This document shows positions 56,061-64,000 of a stretch of 64,000 nucleotides of DNA, in pieces (position 1 is the first letter of the stretch; the number at the start of each line of letters is the position of its first letter). The notes under the pieces were generated by a model, which did no database searches, was not told the origin of the DNA, and saw nothing but the letters and a program-made list of their open reading frames with translations. The translations under genes and the position numbers were made by a program. The DNA lies in the NCBI GenBank assembly GCA_977018835.1, contig OZ361258.1:992001-1056000 (forward strand), given 5' to 3'. This stretch comes from Minutocellus sp. GHC0000111 (taxonomy: Eukaryota).

Positions 56061-57633
56061 ATGCGTAGCGAAATTCCGTCTTCCGATAGCGTCAGTGCCG
56101 CAGCATACGACGCTGACCAGTCCGTAGTAGCGGAGGAGAACCATCGCGATCGAAGGTCTCGCCGTCACCGTCAGCACAACTACTCACACCACGAAAGTGA
56201 GGAGGAGACCGACGAGTGCTCTTCGAATTCCGACGACTCCTCGTTCAACACCATGTGCCAGGGCCGCACAAGTAACGAGCGATCCGCTCGCGACCGAGAC
56301 GGACACAAGGCAAAGAGCTCCTCATCTTCAAATAAACATCATCCAACGAAAGAAGAAAGTAGCCTCCCATCGGCGAAGAAGAACAATGACGTGGAGAAGG
56401 AGGGCACAGGATTCTGCTGTCAGAAGAAGTACATCGCAGCAGTCATACTGGCAATTGCCCTCGTTGCATGTGCCATTGGGGCCATCCTCCTGTTCACCGG
56501 CGGAGCAAAGGGCGGGAGTGGCTCCTCCCAGTCATCTTCCGCTTTCGACTTTGGTTCGTTGACCGAAAGCCCCACAGCTCAGCCCACAATTTCTCCGAAA
56601 CCGAGCCCTGAACCGACCAAGATGCCTTCTAGGTCTCCAACGCCTCAACCGACTCCAAGTCCCACACCTCGACCGACAAACGAACCAACGCAGTCACCAA
56701 CCAAAAGACCGACAATGAACCCTACCCCAGTTCCTCCCCCGCCCACCGTCCCTCCACCGACCGTCCGTGGACATGATACCTTTTCCTTCTTTGTGATGGG
56801 GGACGTGCCCTACTCTGACGCCGAGGAGAAGATCCTCGAGCAGCAGCTCAGGGATATTGATCGCATCGCCCCGACAGATGATGCACAATTCATTGTCCAT
56901 GTGGGCGATGTGTTCAAGCGCGGCCGGTATGAATGCATTCCAAAAACATACCAAAACGTGGCCGATAAGTTCATTGAGCTCTCACCTATTCCTACCATCG
57001 TCCTGCCAGGTGACAACGACATTTATGACTGCGATGATTGGCGAGAGGCCGAATTTTTGGGAATCGACCTTCCTCAACTTTGAACAGAATTGGAGCCACA
57101 GCAGTAACTTCCCTGAAATTGTTCTTCGACAAGATAGAAGTCAAGAGAATTTCTCCTTCACCTACGCTGACGTGCTCTTCGTTGGAATGAATATCATTGC
57201 TTCCTCTGAAGGGGAAACGAGCGAGAAACAGGACGACCGTTTCGACGCATGTATGGAGTGGATGGAAGATACAATCACCGCCCATGTTAGCAGTACCAGC
57301 GACCTTCGTGCTGTGGTGTTTTTTGGCCATGCTGACAAGTTTAACGATATCTTTGAAAGAGCCGAGGAGCTGTTGGCACACACCAAAGTCCCCGCCCTCT
57401 ACATCCATGGCAATGGACACGAGTGGGAGATGGAGAAGCCCATTGCCGGCTGGGACGAATATCTTCGTATCCAGGTCGACCAGGGTGGGGAAGCGCCACC
57501 TCTCAAGGTAACAATCCGCGGCACCACCGCCGAGGCATTGGCTTCACCGTTTTACGCACCCTTTTCCGACCAGCACATGCATACTTCCACCATCAAGCTA
57601 GATCGCCAGGGAGGCTGCTACTCAGATAACTGA
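56061..57633 (+). CDS. Tandem paralog metallophosphoesterase; one frameshift at the T-run 57054-57058
   Basis: TM, (PTxxPT)n stalk, FFVMGDVPY, HVGD and PGDND in one frame; FWESTFLNFEQNW, FGH, HGNGH and RIQVDQG in the next. Confidence 0.8.
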
Positions 57634-57839
57634 GCCAATACGCGCCCCTGGGAGAACAATTTATTGTTAGAATATATATTTTAGAGAATTCATAATCACA
57701 ATGCTTGCATACCTTACAAAAAATACACTGCCTACGATTACGTGCAGTAGATAAGAGCGTATTGGAACGACATGTGAGAAATATCGCAAAGGATGGTCTA
57801 AAATTAGTACCAATTCGTAGAGCAGGTCATCCGAGACGT

Positions 57840-59621
57840 CTACATGCCACGGCCGGCCTTCTTGAGGGCACGTTCTTTTCGATGATGGTTGCCAATCTTA
57901 GCCTTGTTGGCATCCTTTCGTCGCTTTTGAATCTTTGACATGTTGTCTGTCGACCCCCCGCCTCCGCCCGACCCTGATGCCTTGCCTTGCTGTTTTCCTC
58001 CATTTTGTTGCTTGGACTCATCGCCAGCGTTGTCTTGCTTTGCTGCCTGCTGCTTCTTGCCCTTTTTACCGCCCTTTTTGATGGGGAGGTATCTCCCATC
58101 GGGACCAATGGCACGTCCACCCTTTCCTTTGTCTGGCCCTCGGTACTTCTTCTCCTGCTGATCACCGCCGTCACCCTCACCGCCATCGTCTCCTTCGTCC
58201 TCGGATGAGCGCTTGGCCTTGCCTTTGCCCCCTCGTCTATTGGCTCGGTTGAGATTCCGGCTTTCCTCCCAGAAGGCAGCCTCCTTCTCTTCTTCGCGTC
58301 TGATTCGGTTATAATCTTTCATAGCATCGAGGTCCACATCGTATAATCCACCGTCGGCACCACCGACTTCGCCAGCTGCACCGGCGTCGTCGCCAATACC
58401 GTCGTACTGATCGTCATAGTCATCGTTGTACATGTCATCTCGCTCGATGAGGGCGATGTTGTAAGCCTCCTTCTCGGCCTGTTTTTCCATCTCACGTAAT
58501 CGATTCTTCTGAATTTCTCGCGCCTCGTCGTCGTCACCAGCGTCGTACGTTCCCTTGGACTCCTTCTTCCTCCGACCGAGGGATTTGTCGACTGCCCGCA
58601 ACCTTGGATGGAGAGTGCTGGGATCCGCCTCGGCCTCCAAAAGGGAAGATACTGTCCTGGACGCATCGAGCGAATACACGGCCAAGGCAGTCTCAACATA
58701 CCCTTCTCCCAAATTTGGCAGAACATCCCGTACCTGCGCAATTTGCCGGTCCATGGCATTGGCCGGGGCTGTCCGCTTTTGAGCACCCTTTGGTGTTTGA
58801 TTATTTTTGCGTATGGGCTCTTCCGACGCCAGCTTCTTTTGCTTCGCCGCAAGTGATGCAGATGTAACGCTCGATTCGAGCATCAGAACCAGATAATCGC
58901 GCTGGGCATTGTCGGGTAGATGCTTTTGTACAGCGTGGACCAGTGTCGGTTGTTTTTGCCACTCTTGGAAATCGCCAAGACAGCAGTTGGCATCATCGGC
59001 CGTCAACGCCTGAACGACCTCCATAACTCGTTGTATTTTGCCATCGCCATCGTCCTCGGCCGTTGCATCAGAGGCAATGAGCCCATCCAGTAGCAGATGC
59101 GACAGGGTCGTGAATAAAATCTCCACCAACTCACCGCTGCTCGAACATCGATCGTATAATGTTGCCAGAGCCGAACAAAGCTCGTCGTCTACGCCTAATT
59201 GGCATGCCACTGTGGAATGTGCATAGATGCCAAACAGAGCCTGCATGGCCATCTCGTCTCCACCGTCCACCGAATGTCGACCGGTGAGGTCATCGACCGC
59301 CGCCTGCTGCGTCGCCACGAATGCCGGATTGATTTCATAACGCAGCACATCTTCCAGATGCTGTGGTGGCAGGGTCGATATCAACTCGCTGTACGCATCC
59401 GACAAGGAATTGTACCCGTCCGTTGCTTCTCGCTCGTGCGCCGTCTGCGTCGATGAGCTGGCGGTCGTCGTCACATGTCGTGCGCGACGCCAGGCCGAGT
59501 GGAGGACGGACCCGGAGCGGAAGATGTCGACTGCCGTCGGGAGCTGGCCCTGACCGGCGCTGGACTCCAGCGAGGAGGCCAGGCTAGACGCGTCGACGGG
59601 TGGTTGCTGGTTGGTCGTCAT
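57840..59621 (-). CDS. ASCC2: CUE-domain protein, ASCC2/Cue3-like
   Basis: CUE segment IAQVRDVLPNLGEGYVETAL..VSSLLE; YNDDYDDQYD; C-terminal KDANKAKIGNHHRKERALKK. Confidence 0.75.
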   Translation of the reverse strand: MTTNQQPPVDASSLASSLESSAGQGQLPTAVDIFRSGSVLHSAWRRARHVTTTASSSTQTAHEREATDGYNSLSDAYSELISTLPPQHLEDVLRYEINPAFVATQQAAVDDLTGRHSVDGGDEMAMQALFGIYAHSTVACQLGVDDELCSALATLYDRCSSSGELVEILFTTLSHLLLDGLIASDATAEDDGDGKIQRVMEVVQALTADDANCCLGDFQEWQKQPTLVHAVQKHLPDNAQRDYLVLMLESSVTSASLAAKQKKLASEEPIRKNNQTPKGAQKRTAPANAMDRQIAQVRDVLPNLGEGYVETALAVYSLDASRTVSSLLEAEADPSTLHPRLRAVDKSLGRRKKESKGTYDAGDDDEAREIQKNRLREMEKQAEKEAYNIALIERDDMYNDDYDDQYDGIGDDAGAAGEVGGADGGLYDVDLDAMKDYNRIRREEEKEAAFWEESRNLNRANRRGGKGKAKRSSEDEGDDGGEGDGGDQQEKKYRGPDKGKGGRAIGPDGRYLPIKKGGKKGKKQQAAKQDNAGDESKQQNGGKQQGKASGSGGGGGSTDNMSKIQKRRKDANKAKIGNHHRKERALKKAGRGM

Positions 59622-59924
59622 GGTCGACCGGCACGGCGAGCTATGGAGAAACAAAAAAATAAAGAAAAATGAAAAGATAAGAGGTCCGTCCGTCTACCGG
59701 TATGATCAGATCAGATGTCTGACTCACTCGATTCGATTCGATTCGATTCATTAGAGTCGACTCACTCGACTGAAGGAGACCTCGAGAAAAGATCCGATGC
59801 TTTTTTCAGTCATGCATGCAGTGAAAAGTGAAAGTTGATGAAGTTGTCCGCACAAATTACAAGCAAGTCGCATTCGGACTTGCCTCCGAAGAGCTACATA
59901 CATCCGCAATTCCAGGTAGAAACA

Positions 59925-60446
59925 ATGAGTGAAGACCCAGCCGCCGCCACCACCAAGAAGACCGTCACCACCACGACGATTCCTGCCGCCACGGCTGTTC
60001 CTGTGGGATCTGCCGATGATGGCGCCAAGGATGTCGTCACCGCCCCTCGTTGCCTCGTCATCTCCATCGTGACTCTGGATGCCATTGCCCTTGCGTTCAC
60101 GGTCCTTGCATTTTTCCTCCCACCCCTGGGCTTCATCGGCTTGGTATGTGCCATCGTCGCATCGATCCTGGCCTGCATCGTGCCCTGCCAGGACGCGGAC
60201 GAGGAGTTCCGTCGTTCCATCAAGACGGTGATGGGTGTTCACATTGCCTTTTACGCCACCTACATCCTGTTCATCGCTCTTGCGGCGGCAGCTCTCACCT
60301 CCACGGCCTTTGGAGCAGCGACCGCTGCGACTCCCCTCGGCATCATCGCTCTCTTCTTTGCATTCGTCAATTTGGCTTTGCTGATTACGTGTCTGGTCTT
60401 GGCTAGCATCCTTCTGTGCGAGATCGATGCCGCCAAGAAGCGTTAG
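59925..60446 (+). CDS. Small multi-pass (about 4 TM) membrane protein
   Basis: ACAATG start context; four hydrophobic segments; GC3-rich codons like host genes. Confidence 0.7.
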   Translation: MSEDPAAATTKKTVTTTTIPAATAVPVGSADDGAKDVVTAPRCLVISIVTLDAIALAFTVLAFFLPPLGFIGLVCAIVASILACIVPCQDADEEFRRSIKTVMGVHIAFYATYILFIALAAAALTSTAFGAATAATPLGIIALFFAFVNLALLITCLVLASILLCEIDAAKKR

Positions 60447-60534
60447 GTTGAGGGCGAAATAGAGCCACATGCTGCGATACCATTGTACAAGTGTCTGAAA
60501 TACATGTGTGTATTTTTCAATGTTCGGGGGTATA

Positions 60535-62280
60535 TTAGATACATAAATTCACATAAAAATCGACCATCATCGAATCCCTACAGTAATACTCAAAATAATA
60601 TCGTCTAATGTACATCATCACATAACACATTTGCACAGTACCAATATCCGCTCCAAAGTGTGAGAGACCAGAGCCAGCCGGCCCTTGATAGCCAACGGTT
60701 CCCATTCCATCAGAAGTACCGGCTCCCAGGCTCCTATAACTTCGCTCTCTCCTCGGCGCTTGTTCCTCGAGATCCTGGAAGCTAAGGTCGCTACTGTCGA
60801 TCATTCTACTGCTACTGGGCGCATAATTGAGGCGATGGCCGCTATTATTCGAGGAACGATGGCTGTGCACATGTCGATCGGATCCACCAATCCTATGCTC
60901 GGAGGTTGCATCTAAAAGAGAACGACTGCTCCTTGCCCGTGGCTCTATAAGCCACGGAGGAGTGTCTGAAGGCTCTCGACTGTGTATTCGCCCATCACTG
61001 TAGCCTGTTTGTTTGCTCTGCACCGACGCCTCCATGTTTCGGTGCAGCCCCTTTGGATCACGAGTAGACGTAGACCCCAAGTGCCTACTGCTTTTATTCG
61101 GTAGGTGATATTTCTCCTCCATATATTGTATTCTTGATGGAGCGGTTGACGCGGCAACAACGGAAGCGTGCATCCCATGACGGGCGCTGTGTTGTGAACG
61201 AGGGCCCGGTGTCAAGGAGTGACCATCCAAACCCGCAGTCCCCATCCCAACCGAGCTAAGTGCGCTTGTATAGACACTCTGATCAGTTGTCAATGCAATC
61301 TTCTTCGGTGGCGGCCTAGCGGGGAGCGACGGTGCCCTCGACGATTCTGCGACTGCTTGAAGCTGCGGCCTGTGCTTTTGCATGCGAAAATATTCCCTTC
61401 GATCAATGAAATTTTCAGACGCAGCCATCCCACAGGTGCTGCTGCCACTGACGTTCTTGGACATTCCATCGGAATGCTTGGAATTTCCAACCGATATGCC
61501 CACCGAATGCAAGAAGCTCGGTATTGAGTGCTCGTCCCGATCGTACTCAATCTTGTGGCGGGCGTTGGGTGGTCTCGATAGATGCAGTAGAATGGCGACG
61601 GAAACACCGAGATAGCTCAGGAGAGCAAGCAACGAGGCTGTTGAACCTCGGTCCAGATCGCATTCCGCAGATATGACGTCTTCATATTCCTCGTCACCCG
61701 ACGACCACGCGGTGGATGACATACAATAGTAATTGTTGAAGAATAGACCAAATTTGATACTCTCTGCCAGGAAGGCGCACGTGGTCGCCTGTGCAATCAG
61801 GACCTTGCTCTGCCTCCGCCGTCGTTTCGGTTTGGCTAGTATCATGACCAGCACCACACAGGCGACGACACCGCTAATCATGCCCAGCACGGCAAAAACA
61901 CGGCTTAGCGTCCACGGCCGATCGGTATTGTCGAATGGTTCGTAATATGGCAAGAAGCCACTGGACGTGGTCAGACCGCCGATCGATCGAGCGGTGGAGT
62001 ACGACGCGCACATTCGTTTCCCCGGTGCGGTTGCATACTCGTCTGATGCTGAGCCTTCAAGTAGAATGGAAGGCACCCCAAAGGTCCACAGTCCCAGACC
62101 GATGCCGATAGATTTTGGTCCATTTCCATCTGCTTCTTGTGTCACTGGTATGGTCAGTGTGAGGAACTGGCAGTCCAGCGACGAGAGGAGGGAAAGCAGC
62201 AGAGCCACAACGGTAGAAAAGAGGAGGGGAGACGGTGCAAACCGCACACGGCACTGGCTGGGCTGGATGCAGTATTCCAT
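60535..62280 (-). CDS. Tetraspan/claudin-like membrane protein with long Ser-rich tail
   Basis: TM1, CQF..GLGLW loop, SRVFAVLG..G, Cys-pair second loop, 4 TMs; 3' end uncertain. Confidence 0.6.
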   Translation of the reverse strand: MEYCIQPSQCRVRFAPSPLLFSTVVALLLSLLSSLDCQFLTLTIPVTQEADGNGPKSIGIGLGLWTFGVPSILLEGSASDEYATAPGKRMCASYSTARSIGGLTTSSGFLPYYEPFDNTDRPWTLSRVFAVLGMISGVVACVVLVMILAKPKRRRRQSKVLIAQATTCAFLAESIKFGLFFNNYYCMSSTAWSSGDEEYEDVISAECDLDRGSTASLLALLSYLGVSVAILLHLSRPPNARHKIEYDRDEHSIPSFLHSVGISVGNSKHSDGMSKNVSGSSTCGMAASENFIDRREYFRMQKHRPQLQAVAESSRAPSLPARPPPKKIALTTDQSVYTSALSSVGMGTAGLDGHSLTPGPRSQHSARHGMHASVVAASTAPSRIQYMEEKYHLPNKSSRHLGSTSTRDPKGLHRNMEASVQSKQTGYSDGRIHSREPSDTPPWLIEPRARSSRSLLDATSEHRIGGSDRHVHSHRSSNNSGHRLNYAPSSSRMIDSSDLSFQDLEEQAPRRERSYRSLGAGTSDGMGTVGYQGPAGSGLSHFGADIGTVQMCYVMMYIRRYYFEYYCRDSMMVDFYVNLCI

Positions 62281-62841
62281 CTCGTTCCTTTTTCGTTCGA
62301 ACCCCCGCTATGTAACGGTATTATATCATTGAGGACAACTCATTCGCATTCGTGCGTGGTAACAAGTTGAGTTGAGCTCGGCCTCTTTGTGTGCGTTCGG
62401 GTTTGTGCTTTGACGGGATTTGATTTTGGTTTTGCTCGCAGTGATTTTCATGCAATGGTATTTCCCTCTTGATATTTCGCGCCAGTGTCTTGCAGCCTAA
62501 ACAAACACCAAACGAATGAGAATGAATTGTTCGCCACACCGGCAATGAGTATTATGCACCGTTTCGAGATGCTCTCGTTTCTCGGTGCCGTTTGCCAACT
62601 CTCTGGTGCGGTGGGTCATTTATGGCCAAGTCAGCAAGTGAGCTCGCAAGCAGGAAAATGCTTGCATGCAGCAAGTCAGACATTCAAGGCGCGCACAAGT
62701 TGCGCCAAAAATTTCGCATGCGCACCAGGGGGATCTGTCCGTCGTACCATCGTCCATCGTACCATCGCATCGTCGTCTCTTTAGCTTTGCCTCATTTCCA
62801 GCTCATGCTCAAGATACTGAGACCAGGTCTGAGACGCCAGC

Positions 62842-64000
62842 ATGTCCCACCGCGCCCTTCGAAAGTTGCGAGAGGAGCAGCTCGCCACCGCCGCCGATGC
62901 GCCGTCAGAGTCGGAGGAAGAAGATGACAGCTCATCCGACGGCGGAGGTGGAGTTGGCTTCGCCGGCCTGATGGACTCTGACTCCGAGAGTGAAAGTGAG
63001 AGCGAGAGTGAGTCAGATGCAGAGGAGGAAGATAAGGATGAACCTTCACATGATGGCATCGATGCTGATACGAAGGAGCCAGATCTCAAAGATGAAGAAG
63101 ACGATGGCAAAGACGAAAATGAGGAGGAAGAAGAAGAAGACCTCGACGCAATTTTGTCCGAGTTCCAATCCACGTCGGTATCCGCTGGCAACACAGCCGG
63201 TCCTGCCACCTCATCCATTACAACCACCGCCGCCAACGCCACGGCCGCCTTCCTGACCAATCTGGACAGCCGCGACCTTGACCTCGAACGGAGCATGGGC
63301 AGCCTCCTCGGCGGTGGAGGCGGTATGGGCAACCTCGGCCTCAACAATGCCGCCGCCGAGGACGACGACAATGCCCCCCAGCTCAACCGGATGCACCCGG
63401 CCATGCGGGGTCGGAATCAGCGCGGGATGCGCACGCACGTCATGGGAGGACGATCTTCCGCACCCACCGGCGGGAGGAAATTTGTCTTTGGCAAGCCAGG
63501 AGAGACGTGTGGCCGACCTCCCAGCTATATTGGTGGTGGGCTGGGTATGGACGTCAAGGGTGCCGAGGAGCTGGGTAGGTCGCAGGGGTTGCCGTGGCCT
63601 TATTCCACCCTCGACGATGAGAGCACCATTCATGGACCCAACCTGTACCGATCGGCGCGGTGGCACAGCTTTACCCGATCCGACTCGTATGCCGCCCAGA
63701 GTGCCGAGTACGAGCACGTGGCGGCATCGGGCGATGTCAACGCTCTGGCATTGTTTGTGGCCGACAACCCCTACCATGCCGAGGCATCCTTGCAGCTATG
63801 TTCGGTTCTACAACCGAGAGTCGGCCATGGATTTGCTCAAACGAGTACTGTGGATATATGAATGCGCTGCACCCGCGTCGTTCATGCCCGGTGGTGGGAG
63901 GTTGCAGAAGCAGGAAAACAATTCCACCAACAATAGTCATTCGTCGCCAATTCTCATGGACCAGTCCAAGGAGGAAAATGACGGATTCTTCTCGGCATTG
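62842..64000 (+). CDS. TCF25: TCF25/Rqc1 homolog, partial; frameshift near 63810
   Basis: MSHRALRKL, acidic tract, and GDVNALALFVADNPYHAEASLQL. The next frame continues NRESAMDLLKRVLWIYECAAPASF...EENDGFFSAL to the window end. Confidence 0.8.

Noticed and set aside
59721..59770. (ATTCG)n and GACTCACTCGA x2 between divergent genes
   Set aside because: Simple low-complexity repeats with no support for function.

Overview
Eukaryotic nuclear DNA with short GT-AG introns, most likely a diatom or other stramenopile (inferred from bipartite plastid/periplastid-type leaders and diatom-style membrane proteins). The left 16.5 kb holds housekeeping genes: SERRATE/Ars2, a leader-bearing Hsp70, a disrupted CAAX-protease-like gene, a RAD5-like helicase/RING ligase, and ClpB/Hsp101 cut off by a 200-N gap. 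The middle 33 kb (16689-49920) is a head-to-tail array of nine complete copies plus one partial copy of a 3659-bp Tc1/mariner-type transposon (period 3657 bp). Each copy has ~47-bp imperfect TIRs, a DD38D transposase with no obvious HTH, and a convergent second ORF. The array ends cleanly at ...GACCTCG|TA inside a host ORF. All nine internal junctions read GACCT-CG-AGGTC, with no TA spacer and one shared CG, the product expected from cohesive ligation of self-complementary 2-nt 3' overhangs (circle or concatemer origin). Differences between copies are enriched for TpA->TpG/CpA. The same signature appears to have hit flanking DNA and a neighbouring cupin gene (Tyr->Cys/His, Ile->Met/Thr), suggesting a repeat-directed adenine hypermutation process that mirrors fungal RIP. 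The right 12 kb holds two tandem membrane-anchored metallophosphoesterases, an ASCC2-like CUE protein, two membrane proteins and TCF25/Rqc1. All comparisons were made by eye, with no database searches.
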